Origin: Eledone cirrhosa
Taxonomy: Eukaryota
Assembly: GCA_964016885.1 (NCBI GenBank)
Contig: OZ024741.1
Span: forward strand, 362,762,001-362,826,000
Length of the DNA: 64,000 nucleotides
Direction of reading: 5' to 3'
Positions 1 through 14,503 of the stretch are shown one piece after another (within the stretch, counting starts at the first letter, position 1; each line of letters opens with the position of its first letter). The notes beneath the pieces are model-generated. The model made no database searches and was not told the DNA's origin. It saw only the letters and a program-made list of their open reading frames with translations. The translations under genes and the position numbers were made by a program.

Positions 1-329
1 TGGACAAACAATTCACTTTCACATTATGATTGTTAACTATTGTACTGTTCCTATATTCAATTTTATCTTTTCTATTCTTAAATATGTGCACCATTGTTTT
101 CATATTTTTCTCTTTTGCTCATTAACGAATATATATATCTTTATATATATATTACACACACACTCGTATAACGTGTTGAATAATTGTTGTACGACCCTTT
201 CGTGCCTTCGAAATGTGCTTAAGTGGATGATGTAATGTAATAAAATAAACTGATGTTGAATATGTGATACCGTCTCTCCCTTTTTTAATTCGGGTATATG
301 TATATTGGTGTGTGTGTGTAAATATCTGC

Positions 330-364
330 ATGCATATGTGTATGTATATATATATATATATGCA

Positions 365-397
<33 letters not shown>

Positions 398-520
398 GCA
401 TATATGTATATATATATATATATATATGCATATATGTATATATATATATATATATATATGCATATATGTATATATATATATATATGCATATATGTATATA
501 TATATATATATGCATATATG

Positions 521-554
<34 letters not shown>

Positions 555-560
555 TATGCA

Positions 561-591
<31 letters not shown>

Positions 592-752
592 GCATATATG
601 TATATATATATATATATATATGCATATATATATATATATATGCATATATATATATATATATATGCATATATATATATATATATATGCATATATATATATA
701 TATATATATGCATATATATATATATATATATATGCATATATATATATATGCA

Positions 753-783
<31 letters not shown>

Positions 784-878
784 GCATATATGTATATATA
801 TATATATATGCATATATGTATATATATATATATATGCATATATGTATATATATATGTATATATGTATATATATATGCA

Positions 879-909
<31 letters not shown>

Positions 910-934
910 GCATATATGTATATATATATATGCA

Positions 935-1005
<71 letters not shown>

Positions 1006-1034
1006 GCATATATGTATATATATATATATATGCA

Positions 1035-1065
<31 letters not shown>

Positions 1066-1840
1066 GCATATATGTATATATATATATATATATATATGCA
1101 TATATGTATATATATATATATATGCATATATGTATGTATATATATATATATGTATGTATATATATATATATATGTATGTATATATATATATATATATATG
1201 TATGTATATATATATATATATGTATGTATATATATATATATATATATGTATGTATATATATATATGTATGTATATATATATATATATATATGCATATATG
1301 TATGTATATATATATATGTATGTATATATATATATATATATATGTATGTATATATATATATATATGTATGCATATATGTATGTATATATATATATATATG
1401 TATGCATATATGTATGTATATATATATATATATGTATGCATATATGTATGTATATATATATATATATGTATGCATATATGTATGTATATATATATATATA
1501 TGTATGCATATATGTATGTATATATATATATATATGTATGCATATATGTATGTATATATATATATATATGTATGCATATATGTATGTATATATATATATA
1601 TGTATGTATATATATATATATGTATGTATATATATATATATGTATGTATATATATATATGTATGTATATATATATATATGTATGTATATATATATATATA
1701 TATATGTATGTATATATATATATATATATATGTATGTATATATATATATATATATATGCATATATGTATGTATATATATATATGTATGTATATATGTATG
1801 TATATATATATATGTATGTATATATATATATATATATATG

Positions 1841-1879
<39 letters not shown>

Positions 1880-2502
1880 ATATATATATATATGTATGCA
1901 TATATGTATGTATATATATATATATATGTATGCATATATGTATGTATATATATATATATATGTATGCATATATGTATGTATATATATATATATATGTATG
2001 CATATATGTATGTATATATATATATATATATATGTATGCATATATGTATGTATATATATATATATGTATGCATATATGTATGTATATATATATATATATA
2101 TGTATGCATATATGTATGTATATATATATATATATATGTATGCATATATGTATGTATATATATATATATATGTATGCATATATGTATGTATATATATATA
2201 TATATATGTATGCATATATGTATGTATATATATATATATGTATGCATATATGTATGTATATATATATATATATATGTATGCATATATGTATGTATATATA
2301 TATATATGTATGCATATATGTATGTATATATATATATATATGTATGCATATATGTATGTATATATATATATATATGTATGCATATATGTATGTATATATA
2401 TATATATATGTATGCATATATGTATGTATATATATATATATATATGTATGCATATATGTATGTATATATATATATATGTATGTATATATATATATATGTA
2501 TG

Positions 2503-2540
<38 letters not shown>

Positions 2541-2862
2541 TATATGTATGCATATATGTATGTATATATATATATATATATGTATGCATATATGTATATA
2601 TATATATATATGTATGCATATATGTATGTATATATATATATATATATGTATGCATATATGTATGTATATATATATATATATATGTATGCATATATGTATG
2701 TATATATATATATATATGTATGCATATATGTATGTATATATATATATATGTATGTATATATATATATATATATGTATGTATATATATATATGTATGCATA
2801 TATGTATGTATATATATATATATATGTATGCATATATGTATATATATATATATATATATATG
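330..2862. repeat. (TA)n microsatellite with periodic TGCA/TGTA interruptions
   Basis: Directly visible. Explains the IY/MY-repeat ORFs in all six frames. Confidence 0.97.
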
Positions 2863-4166
2863 TATGGCCATGCTCAGTGTGTAGGAAAGGCGTAGGTAGA
2901 AACTCCATTTTATGTCCCAAATGCAAAGTATGGGTGCATAAAAGATGTAGTGGGATCACAGGTAAGCTAACTAAGAACATAGATTTTACATGTGGCCGGT
3001 GCTCTGGTGCAATAAGTAGCAGCAAGTGCCCACAAAATACTAGCTCCTTCAACTGCGCAGAGGGTTCTATAGAAATAGTGGACAGCTTCCGTTATCTGGG
3101 TGACAAAATCAGCAGTGGGGGAGGGTGCTCTGAAAGTACAGTAGCTAGAGTCAGAACCGGATGGAAAAAGTTCAGAGAGCTTATACCACTATTAGCCGCT
3201 AGAGGGTTCTCCCTAAAAATGAAAGGCAGGTTGTACGATGCCTGCATACGAACAGCAATGCTGCATGGCAGTGAGACCTGGGCATTGTGTGCAGAGGATA
3301 TACGCAGACTAGAGAGGAACGAAGCTTGCATGCTCCGCTGGATGTGCAATAGTAATATACGTGAACGGCAAAGCATAAACGAACTAAGGAAAAAATTAGA
3401 AATAAGAGGGATCAGATGTTGTTTACTCGAGAGAAGGCTACGTTGGTACGGTCACGTGATGCGCATGAAAGACGACAGCTGTATAACAAAGTGCAGGGCA
3501 ATAAAGATAGACGGTAGCCACGGAGTAGGCAGACCCAGAAAAACATGGGACGAGCTGATAAATTCCGACCTCACACGCTTACACCTCTCCAAGACAATGT
3601 CACTGGACCGAGACCTTTGGCGGTACTCAGTAATAGAGAAGACCCGCCTTACCTAAATACAAAGTAAAAACCTACTACAGTCAGTAGGCACCTCTATCAA
3701 AACACACCCCCGTCCCACCACCTCCACCCCACCCACACCGCCCCTTTCAATGTAAAGTTATGTTGGTCCCACAACATCCAGGCCGAAACAAATGAGATCG
3801 TGTAGGTGTCACGACAAAAAACACACAGTCCACGCTGTAAATGTGGCCGTGTAGGCAACACGGTAAAAACCTCCCAGCCCCACACTGTAAATGTGGTTGG
3901 TGTTAGGAAGGGCATCCAGCTGTAGAAAACCCGCCAGACAGTCCACGCTGTAATGTGGCCGTGTAGGCAACACGGTAAAAACCTCCCAGCCGCACACTGT
4001 AAATGTGGTTGGTGTTAGGAAGGGCATCCAACTGTAGAAAACCCGCCAGACAGTCCTATGCGAGCAAGACAACCACTCTTGCCTCAAGTGGGAAAACCCC
4101 CGTCCAAACCCATGCAAGCGTGGAACACGGACGCTAAACCTGATGATGATGATGATGATGATGATG
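2863..4166 (+). mobile_element. 5'-truncated RTE-clade LINE: PHD-like finger, RT C-terminus, 3' UTR with two ~113-bp tandem units and (GAT)n tail
   Basis: Open frame 2863-3656 reads [20 protein letters not shown]...FRYLG...LHGSETW...[12 protein letters not shown]...GRPRKTW, typical of RTE ORF C-termini. Ends ggacgctaaacc(tga)n. Confidence 0.92.
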
Positions 4167-4182
4167 TATGCATATATGTATG

Positions 4183-4219
<37 letters not shown>

Positions 4220-4260
4220 GTATGCATATATGTATGTATATATATATATATATATGTATG

Positions 4261-4336
<76 letters not shown>

Positions 4337-4382
4337 TATATGTATGCATATATGTATGTATATATATATATATATATGTATG

Positions 4383-4480
<98 letters not shown>

Positions 4481-4667
4481 TGTATGCATATATGTATGTA
4501 TATATATATATATATGTATGTATATATATATATATGTATGCATATATGTATGTATATATATATATATGTATGCATATATGTATGTATATATATATATATA
4601 TGTATGTATATATATATGTATATATATATATATATATGCATATATGTATGTATATATAATATATATA

Positions 4668-4698
<31 letters not shown>

Positions 4699-4756
4699 AT
4701 ATATATATATGCATATATATATATATATGCATATATATATATATATATATATATGC

Positions 4757-4787
<31 letters not shown>

Positions 4788-4789
4788 TG

Positions 4790-4847
<58 letters not shown>

Positions 4848-5079
4848 TATATATATATATATATATATGCATATATATATATGTATATATATATATGCAT
4901 ATATATATATGTATATATATATATGTACATATATATATGCATATATATATATATATATGTATATATATATGTATATATATATATATATTATATATATATA
5001 TGCATATATATATGCATATATATATATGCATATATATATATATATATATATATGCATATATATGCATATATATATATGC

Positions 5080-5110
<31 letters not shown>

Positions 5111-5171
5111 TATGCATATATATATATATGCATATATATATGTATATATATATATATACATATATATATGC

Positions 5172-5202
<31 letters not shown>

Positions 5203-5223
5203 TATGCATATATATATATATGC

Positions 5224-5265
<42 letters not shown>

Positions 5266-5310
5266 GCATATATATATATGTAATATATATATATATACAT
5301 ATATATATGC

Positions 5311-5352
<42 letters not shown>

Positions 5353-5593
5353 GCATATATATATGTATATATATATATATATATACATATATATGCATAT
5401 ATATATATGCATATATATATATATACATATATATATGCATATATATATATATGCATATATATATATTATATATATATGCATATATATATATATACATATA
5501 TATATGCATATATATATATATATGCATATATATATATTATATATATATGTATACATATATATATATATATATATATGCATATATATATATATG

Positions 5594-5633
<40 letters not shown>

Positions 5634-5683
5634 GTATGTATGTATATATATATATATATATATAATATATATATGCATGTATG

Positions 5684-5724
<41 letters not shown>

Positions 5725-5870
5725 TATGCATGTATGTATATATATATATGCATATATTATATATATATGCATATATATATATATATATGCATATATATAT
5801 ATATATGCATATATATATATATATATGCATATATGTATGTATATATATATAATATATATATGTATGTATG

Positions 5871-5907
<37 letters not shown>

Positions 5908-5978
5908 ATATATATATATATAATATATATATGCATATATGTATGTATATATATAATATATATATGCATATATGTATG

Positions 5979-6011
<33 letters not shown>

Positions 6012-6045
6012 ATATATATATATATAATATATATATGCATATATG

Positions 6046-6108
<63 letters not shown>

Positions 6109-6281
6109 ATATATATATATATGTATGTATATATATATATATATGTATGTATATATATATATATATGTATGTATATATATATATATGTATGTATATATAT
6201 ATATATATGTATGTATATATATATGTATGTATATATATATATATATATATGTATGTATATATATATATATATGTATGTATG

Positions 6282-6314
<33 letters not shown>

Positions 6315-6355
6315 ATATATATATATGTATGTATATATATATATATATATGTATG

Positions 6356-6415
<60 letters not shown>

Positions 6416-6425
6416 TATGTATGCA

Positions 6426-6489
<64 letters not shown>

Positions 6490-6499
6490 TATGTATGCA

Positions 6500-6546
<47 letters not shown>

Positions 6547-6610
6547 ATATATATATATATATATGCATATATGTATATATATATATATATATATATGCAT
6601 ATATATATAT
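4167..6610. repeat. (TA)n/(TATG)n/(TATGCA)n microsatellite
   Basis: Directly visible. Confidence 0.97.
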
Positions 6611-6685
6611 TCTCTTTTACTCTTTTACCTGTTTCAGCCATCCGGCTGAGGCCATGCTGGGGCACCGCCCTTGCTGCTACACACT

Positions 6686-9600
6686 TTATCTCCAGCCTGT
6701 ATAGGTTGGCCACTGGTGTAGGAGGGAGTTTGTTGCTGCTGCCCTTAGGTTTCCCTCATGTCTTGCTGTGGGCTCATCCGGGATCCTGGATAACAAGGTG
6801 TCGAGATGTTTCTTAAAGACATCCACCTCCACGTCATGCAAGTCTCGCAGATGCCTCGGCAGCCTGTTGAAGAGTTGAGGGCCCTTGAATCCCAGGCTAT
6901 TGCAATACCTGCTCCTTATTCTAGATGTGGAAGACGGGACCTTTGGCACCACACAGTGACGTCCTGTTCGACGGTTGGTCCAGCTCCCAATGCCAAAGTT
7001 TGGTGCTAGTCCCTCCAGGATTTTCCACATGTAGATCACTGCGTATCTCTCCCGTCTTCGCTCCAAGGAGTAGAGGTTCAGTTCCTTCAGCCTCTCCCAG
7101 TAGCTTGTCTCCCTCATCTTGGCAATCCTCTTGGTGTAGCTTCGCTGGATTGCCTCAAGCTCTGTGGTTAGTTTGACACTATGGGGTGACCACAGCTGGG
7201 AGCAGTAGTCCAGGCGGCTTAGGACAAAAGTCCTCCACAGTGTCAACATGGTGTCTCGATCTCTTGTAAGGAAAGTCCTCAAGATCCAGCCAGCGAATCG
7301 TCTACATGCTGTCGCCACCTTCATGATGTGTGAAGAAAAAGATGCATCATCGCTCATGTCTATGCCCAGGTCTCGTATCGATTTTGACACGGGGATATCG
7401 GTCCCTCCTGGTCCTGTGTAGCTGTGTTCCGCTATATTTGTGTTTGTGTTTGCAGGTTTGTATTGTAGGGCTTGGAATTTGCCAGCATTAAACTGCATGT
7501 TGTTTTCTTCCGCCCATCTGTATATGGCATCCAGATCCTGCTGTAAGAGGGCAGTGTCAGCCGGGTTTTTGATTGCCTGTGCTACCTTAGTGTCATCAGC
7601 ATAGCTAGTGAGGGATGTTGTTGCATGCACCACAGAGGGCATGTCCGAGAGAGCCACCAAAAACAGTAGTGGTCCCAGGACTGTCCCCTGAGGCACCCCA
7701 CTTGTTATCGGTGTTTCCCTCGAGAGAGCCCCATTTGCTGCGACAGCCTGGCTTCTGTCCCTCAGGAAGCCATGCAGCCACTCACCTACTTTTCCAGTTA
7801 TGCCGAGTCCGTGTAGTTTGTGACATATCATTCCGTGGTCGACCTTGTCAAAGGCCTTCGCAAAGTCAAGATATATCACGTCTACATGTGAGCTGTCTAG
7901 TAGCTGTCTCAGTACCCAGTCGTAGTGATGTAGCAGCTGTGTAAGGCAGCTTCTTCCTGGGCGGAAGCCATGTTGCGTGCTAGTCAGGCGGTCATTTTCT
8001 TTGAGGAAAGTGATTAGTTTCTTTCTGACGACTCGCTCCATGACCTTACTGATATGGATATGCGACGTCAGGGAGACTGGCCTATAGTTCTTGGCCTCCG
8101 CTCTACTACCTCCTTTATGGATAGGGCATATTGTGCCTTCTTTCAGCTCCCTGGGTAGTACACCGCTAGCCAAGGAGCTTCTGAAGAGCATCTTCAGTGG
8201 AGTTGCTAAGGCCCGCTTACATATTTTTAGGAGAACTGCTGGGAATCCATCAGGTCCAGCAGCCGAGTCTGTTCTAATTTCATCAATGGCGTACACCACA
8301 TCCTCCTCCGTTATGTCTATGTGGTTGATGGTTGCCATTTCTTGATGTAGTGTTGTGGCATCAAAGAACTCCTCTGGCTTCGTTATTTGCATGTGCCTCA
8401 GTGGACATGTGAAGACACTTTTGTACTGTTCATTCAGTATTTCACATATCTCTTGGGGATTTTCGGTTAATGAACCGTCCGTGTGGAAGAGTGGTCCAAT
8501 CTTGCAGTGTACTGAGGCAGTTTCTTTTGCAAATTTAAAGAAGGCCTTAGGGTTTGTTTTAATGTTTTCTATGGCCCTGTTCTCTTTCCTTGCCCTCTCA
8601 TTCTCATGTGAAAGCTTGAGTGCAATCTCGGTGTCAAGTAGTGCACGTTTCAAATAGGATTCCTTCTTGTTTTGGTTTTGTTGACTATTCAACTGGTTTG
8701 AGAGTTTAGTTCTACGTCTCATAAGGATTTTCCTATCTCTGGGAATAAGATTTTTGTGTCTGTTTGCCTCTTTCTCCGGGACACACTTTTTGCATATGGT
8801 GTGTATCGTTGTCATGAAGTGTTGAAATTGTGTGTTAGTGTCTTGTGTGGCGATGTTTGCACTCCATGTTTGCTTCCGGATTTCACTCTTAATCTTCTTC
8901 CAGTCAGCCCCGTAGAAGTTAAGGCTGGATAGCGTCCCGGAGCTTCTTGGTGGTTTTGTCTCTGTTGGTTCTCTTGGACCACATATCATTAGCTCTACCA
9001 AGTTATGATCCGAGAGAATTGTTGGTGTCACCTTTACATTGTGGATGAGCACTTCGTTGTTTGTAAAACAGAGGTCCAGGACATTTTCGCCTCTTGTTGG
9101 GAGGAGTATTGCTTGCTCCATGAACAGCCTGTGTGTGAGGGCCAGCAGGGATTCCGTCTGTCTCTGTTCTATTGACGTCATTCCAGGGAGGAGGTGGCCC
9201 TCAGGCCATTTGACCTTTGGTAGGTTGAAGTCTCCCAGCAGTAGGATGTTGAGACCCTGGTCCAGTTTGTCAAGGACCTCTTCTATCCTACTTAGGCTAT
9301 CCTCAAATTTACCCTCATGACTGGGGGCATCGGGCGGCCGATATGTGACACATATTACCGTCTGTAGTTGCTTCATATGTATTATCAGTGTGTCACAGAC
9401 TGAGTTTGAATGTGTCAACAGAACAATTGGTGTGACATCTTCACGGATATACAGAGCAACCCCACCATGAGTTCTCTCCTTCCTGTCCGAACGAAATACA
9501 GTATATTTCGGTATATGTATTTCTGCATCTGCTATACTGCTTGTCAGGTGCGTTTCGGTTAGTGCCATGCATAGTGCTTGATTGCTTATGGCTAAGTCTC

Positions 9601-9733
9601 CCAGGTAGGAAATTTTACTCATGTTGCTGAGTTTCACCAGGCCCCTGACATTCAGCAGCAGCACTGGTGTGACTTTTGGGGTGCCAGTAATGGCTGTCGG
9701 TATGACACCTGGTCTGGTGTCAGCGGCGGCCAC
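6686..9733 (-). CDS. LINE ORF2: apurinic-like endonuclease + reverse transcriptase, CR1-like, uninterrupted
   Basis: APE motifs LNVRGL, LTETHL, GGVALY, YRPP, GDFN, LDL, SDHNL. RT motifs [41 protein letters not shown]. The ORF-track start is GTG, so the true start is uncertain. Confidence 0.95.
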   Translation of the reverse strand: MAAADTRPGVIPTAITGTPKVTPVLLLNVRGLVKLSNMSKISYLGDLAISNQALCMALTETHLTSSIADAEIHIPKYTVFRSDRKERTHGGVALYIREDVTPIVLLTHSNSVCDTLIIHMKQLQTVICVTYRPPDAPSHEGKFEDSLSRIEEVLDKLDQGLNILLLGDFNLPKVKWPEGHLLPGMTSIEQRQTESLLALTHRLFMEQAILLPTRGENVLDLCFTNNEVLIHNVKVTPTILSDHNLVELMICGPREPTETKPPRSSGTLSSLNFYGADWKKIKSEIRKQTWSANIATQDTNTQFQHFMTTIHTICKKCVPEKEANRHKNLIPRDRKILMRRRTKLSNQLNSQQNQNKKESYLKRALLDTEIALKLSHENERARKENRAIENIKTNPKAFFKFAKETASVHCKIGPLFHTDGSLTENPQEICEILNEQYKSVFTCPLRHMQITKPEEFFDATTLHQEMATINHIDITEEDVVYAIDEIRTDSAAGPDGFPAVLLKICKRALATPLKMLFRSSLASGVLPRELKEGTICPIHKGGSRAEAKNYRPVSLTSHIHISKVMERVVRKKLITFLKENDRLTSTQHGFRPGRSCLTQLLHHYDWVLRQLLDSSHVDVIYLDFAKAFDKVDHGMICHKLHGLGITGKVGEWLHGFLRDRSQAVAANGALSRETPITSGVPQGTVLGPLLFLVALSDMPSVVHATTSLTSYADDTKVAQAIKNPADTALLQQDLDAIYRWAEENNMQFNAGKFQALQYKPANTNTNIAEHSYTGPGGTDIPVSKSIRDLGIDMSDDASFSSHIMKVATACRRFAGWILRTFLTRDRDTMLTLWRTFVLSRLDYCSQLWSPHSVKLTTELEAIQRSYTKRIAKMRETSYWERLKELNLYSLERRRERYAVIYMWKILEGLAPNFGIGSWTNRRTGRHCVVPKVPSSTSRIRSRYCNSLGFKGPQLFNRLPRHLRDLHDVEVDVFKKHLDTLLSRIPDEPTARHEGNLRAAATNSLLHQWPTYTGWR

Positions 9734-10615
9734 TCTGGGTCCCTTAACTGCGGTGGTCTCGAGTGCTGGTGTGGATGACCCTGGCTCTGGAGACGATGCA
9801 GCCAGGTCAGCTGTCCCACAATCTTCTCGGCCATCACTAAAAAATTTTTCTGATCTGCTGCTGCCATCTGTATCTCGTCGGCATGTGCGTGCCTTCTCCT
9901 TGTTGGTGCAGCACGCGCGACATCAGCATACTTCTGGAGCGGCTTATTTCGGCTTTGGCTGGGGCATGTTGCGCGAGTATGATGGGCATAGTTCGTTTGA
10001 GACCTAGGGTGGGCGAATCTGCATCCCATCCCTGTCTCTCCATACCAGCATGTCCCGTTCTTGAAAAACTTGCACATTACTTGGTGTTTTTTGCTCCCAG
10101 TGTCTCGGTGCTTTCTGTTCTTTCTTTGAACAGTTGTCCACTGGTCCCTCTGCGCTTGGTTCTCCTTCGGAAGGTGATTTCGCTTTTCACCTTTGCCCTT
10201 AGCTTGTTGGTTGCCCGGCCTGCCCTCCCTGCCTGTAGCGGAGGGTATATCATTTTCTTTCAGGTCCGTGCTTGTGCTCTCCTCCTTTTCTTTTTCCCTT
10301 TCCTTTTCCTCTTCCTTTTCCCTCTCCTTCTCCTCATCCCTCCCTTCGGTTTTCTCCTCCCTGAGGACACGGCTTAGCATCGCCATATGAGGCGCTATGA
10401 GGACATACGCCTTCTCAATTTCTTTTCTCTTTCTCTCTATCTGTACCAGGGTCCTCATAAACCCATGGCTCTTCAGGTTCTCCGCCATCTTTTTGCTTGG
10501 TGGAGACCCATCAGCCATAGTCCACCCCTTGATCAAAACCGCTAGTTCAATCTTCGACCAGTTTCGCTGACTCCTGATTTCACATTTTTCCCCATTTTTC
10601 CTGCATGCAGTCCAT
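9652..10615 (-). CDS. LINE ORF1: N-terminal Myb/SANT(trihelix)-like segment, charged linker, CCCH zinc finger
   Basis: RNWSKIELAVLIKGW...MAENLKSHGFMRTLVQIERKRKEIEKAY and CKFFKNGTCWYGETGMGCRFAHP. First in-frame ATG is at 10518. The ATG at 10615 is one base out of frame across an A5 run. Confidence 0.7.
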
Positions 10616-10818
10616 TTCGCTGTGGAGGGGAGAAAGAGGGACAGTGGGAGGTGTAGAGTAGAGGTTAGAGAGGGACAGAGTGAGGGAGGGAGATAGAGAT
10701 ATAACTCCAGCGAGAGAAAAAGAGAAACAGAAGAAAAGAAAAAAGAAAAGGGGGAGACAGAAGAGGGGAGCGAGAGAGATAGCGGGAAGAGTGGGGGGGG
10801 GTCAGAGGGAGAGAGAGA

Positions 10819-10852
<34 letters not shown>

Positions 10853-11118
10853 CTCGTTGATCTAGAGAGAGGGAGAAAGAGAGCTCGTTGATCGAGAGGG
10901 GGAGAGAGAGAGAGAGAGGAAGGAGAGAGATAGAGACAGCGTGAGAGCGTGAGCAACTGCAGTTCATAAATATAAAAATAAATTTTTAAATCTAAATTTA
11001 AATTAATGAATGGGAGAAACCGGAAACAGAGATATAGAAACACGATGTAAATGTCTGTTTACAAATATACGGAGTTATTGTAATATCAGCATATCATACA
11101 AGAAACAACAAAATCGGG

Positions 11119-11152
<34 letters not shown>

Positions 11153-11158
11153 TATGTG

Positions 11159-11257
<99 letters not shown>

Positions 11258-11268
11258 GTATATATATG

Positions 11269-11325
<57 letters not shown>

Positions 11326-11336
11326 GTATATATATG

Positions 11337-11415
<79 letters not shown>

Positions 11416-11470
11416 GTATATATATATATATATATGTATATATATGGATATATATGTATATATATATATG

Positions 11471-11517
<47 letters not shown>

Positions 11518-11519
11518 GT

Positions 11520-11551
<32 letters not shown>

Positions 11552-11600
11552 GTATATATGTATATATATATATATGTATATGTATATGTATATATATATG

Positions 11601-11634
<34 letters not shown>

Positions 11635-11698
11635 TATGTATGTATATATATATGTATGTATATGTATGTATATATATATGTATATATATATATGTATG

Positions 11699-11738
<40 letters not shown>

Positions 11739-11740
11739 TG

Positions 11741-11773
<33 letters not shown>

Positions 11774-11790
11774 GTATGTATATATATATG

Positions 11791-11823
<33 letters not shown>

Positions 11824-11904
11824 GTATATATATATATGTATATATATATGTATATATATGTATATATATGTATATATATATATATATATGTATATATATG
11901 TATA

Positions 11905-11945
<41 letters not shown>

Positions 11946-11972
11946 GTATATATATATATATGTATATATATG

Positions 11973-12026
<54 letters not shown>

Positions 12027-12032
12027 TGTATA

Positions 12033-12107
<75 letters not shown>

Positions 12108-12192
12108 ATGTATATATATATATATATGTATATATATGTATATATATATATATGTATATATATGTATATATATGTATATATATGTATATATG

Positions 12193-12223
<31 letters not shown>

Positions 12224-12344
12224 GTATATATGTATATATATATATATATATATATGTGTATATATGTATATATATATATATGTATATATATGTATATATA
12301 TGTATATATGTATATATATATATATATATATATGTGTATATATG

Positions 12345-12393
<49 letters not shown>

Positions 12394-12467
12394 GTATATA
12401 TATGTATATATGTATATATATGTATATATATGTATATATATATATATATGTATATATATGTATATGT

Positions 12468-12528
<61 letters not shown>

Positions 12529-12554
12529 TGTATATATATGTATGTATATATATG

Positions 12555-12599
<45 letters not shown>

Positions 12600-12612
12600 G
12601 TATATATATATG

Positions 12613-12675
<63 letters not shown>

Positions 12676-12708
12676 GTATATATATATGTATATATATATA
12701 TGTATATG

Positions 12709-12760
<52 letters not shown>

Positions 12761-12788
12761 TGTATATGTATATGTATATATATATATG

Positions 12789-12835
<47 letters not shown>
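11119..12835. repeat. (TA)n/(TATATG)n microsatellite
   Basis: Directly visible. Confidence 0.97.
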
Positions 12836-12836
<1 letters not shown>

Positions 12837-13057
12837 ATTAAGTTAAAGATGTACATCCATATATGTATACTGAAATACTAGTATGTATATGAATATACAC
12901 ACGTATACATATGTAGATGTACCAAGTTTTTTCACTGGTCACTTTACTGTGAGTGGCCAGCTATTCTGTATGTAAACACACAGACAAACCGGTTTTTAGA
13001 GTCATACTGGTTTTTGAGGAAACACCTTTCCTCTATTCTCCAGAAAGCCAGACAAGG

Positions 13058-13102
13058 AATATTGAACTAGTTTCGTTGTTGTTACAACTCATCAGCAATA
13101 TT
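13058..13102 (-). ncRNA. Minimal type I hammerhead ribozyme, family A, copy 1
   Basis: Minus strand: AATATTG CTGATGA GTTGT aaca ACAAC GAAAC TA GTT^CAATATT. 7-bp stem I, 5-bp stem II, palindromic stem III (AACTAGTT), GUU cleavage triplet. Confidence 0.85.
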
Positions 13103-13524
13103 TACCTATCTTCCGGCCTCTCTAGAGAATCGTAAAAGCACATATCGTTATATGCTTTTTCTATGAAAATTAGTAGTGGGCAGACTAATTTGCATAGAGT
13201 GTGAGTAAGTACCGGTTCAACGGAGACGATAAAAACAAATAACGAAACGAAATTAAATTTCGTTTCGTTTGTAACTCACTTTTGTATGACTGACGCTTAA
13301 ACAATTAAGTTAAAGATGTACATCCATATATGTATACTGAAATACTAGTATGTATATGAATACACACACGTATACATATGTAGATGTACCAAGTTTTTTC
13401 ACTGGTCACTTTACTGTGAGTGGCCAGCTATTCTGTATGTAAACACACAGACAAACCGGTTTTTAGAGTCATACTGGTTTTTGAGGAAACACCTTTCCTC
13501 TATTCTCCAGAAAGCCAGACAAGG

Positions 13525-13569
13525 AATATTGAACTAGTTTCGTTGTTGTTACAACTCATCAGCAATATT
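13525..13569 (-). ncRNA. Hammerhead ribozyme, family A, copy 2
   Basis: Identical motif at +467. Confidence 0.85.
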
Positions 13570-13991
13570 TACCTATCTTCCGGCCTCTCTAGAGAATCGT
13601 AAAAGCACATATCGTTATATGCTTTTTCTATGAAAATTAGTAGTGGGCAGACTAATTTGCATAGAGTGTGAGTAAGTACCGGTTCAACGGAGACGATAAA
13701 AACAAATAACGAAACGAAATTAAATTTCGTTTCGTTTGTAACTCACTTTTGTATGACTGACGCTTAAACAATTAAGTTAAAGATGTACATCCATATATGT
13801 ATACTGAAATACTAGTATGTATATGAATACACACACGTATACATATGTAGATGTACCAAGTTTTTTCACTGGTCACTTTACTGTGAGTGGCCAGCTATTC
13901 TGTATGTAAACACACAGACAAACCGGTTTTTAGAGTCATACTGGTTTTTGAGGAAACACCTTTCCTCTATTCTCCAGAAAGCCAGACAAGG

Positions 13992-14036
13992 AATATTGAA
14001 CTAGTTTCGTTGTTGTTACAACTCATCAGCAATATT
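13992..14036 (-). ncRNA. Hammerhead ribozyme, family A, copy 3
   Basis: Identical motif at +934. Confidence 0.85.
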
Positions 14037-14458
14037 TACCTATCTTCCGGCCTCTCTAGAGAATCGTAAAAGCACATATCGTTATATGCTTTTTCTATGA
14101 AAATTAGTAGTGGGCAGACTAATTTGCATAGAGTGTGAGTAAGTACCGGTTCAACGGAGACGATAAAAACAAATAACGAAACGAAATTAAATTTCGTTTC
14201 GTTTGTAACTCACTTTTGTATGACTGACGCTTAAACAATTAAGTTAAAGATGTACATCCATATATGTATACTGAAATACTAGTATGTATATGAATACACA
14301 CACGTATACATATGTAGATGTACCAAGTTTTTTCACTGGTCACTTTACTGTGAGTGGCCAGCTATTCTGTATGTAAACACACAGACAAACCGGTTTTTAG
14401 AGTCATACTGGTTTTTGAGGAAACACCTTTCCTCTATTCTCCAGAAAGCCAGACAAGG

Positions 14459-14503
14459 AATATTGAACTAGTTTCGTTGTTGTTACAACTCATCAGCAAT
14501 ATT
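14459..14503 (-). ncRNA. Hammerhead ribozyme, family A, copy 4
   Basis: Identical motif at +1401. Confidence 0.85.

Larger units (their letters stand above)
6611..11118 (-). mobile_element. Apparently full-length CR1-group non-LTR retrotransposon (ORF1 + ORF2) flanked by (TA)n
   Basis: Two overlapping long ORFs, CT-rich 5' region, short 3' UTR with hairpin and (TAAAAGAG)2 tail. The 5' boundary is approximate. Confidence 0.85.

Noticed and set aside
160-280. Possible hammerhead or Penelope end near the window start
   Set aside because: GAAA is present on the minus strand but there is no correctly placed CUGANGA.
7615-9320. Plus-strand ORFs opposite LINE ORF2 (and similar ones opposite the RTEs)
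   Set aside because: Antisense shadows of RT coding sequence.
10620-11043. N-terminal Leu/Ser-rich extension of the 463-aa ORF
   Set aside because: Translation of the CT-rich 5' UTR microsatellite.
12953-13135. Repeated 60-aa [12 protein letters not shown]...
   Set aside because: GTG start, no recognisable motif, antisense to the ribozyme. It recurs only because the unit is repeated.
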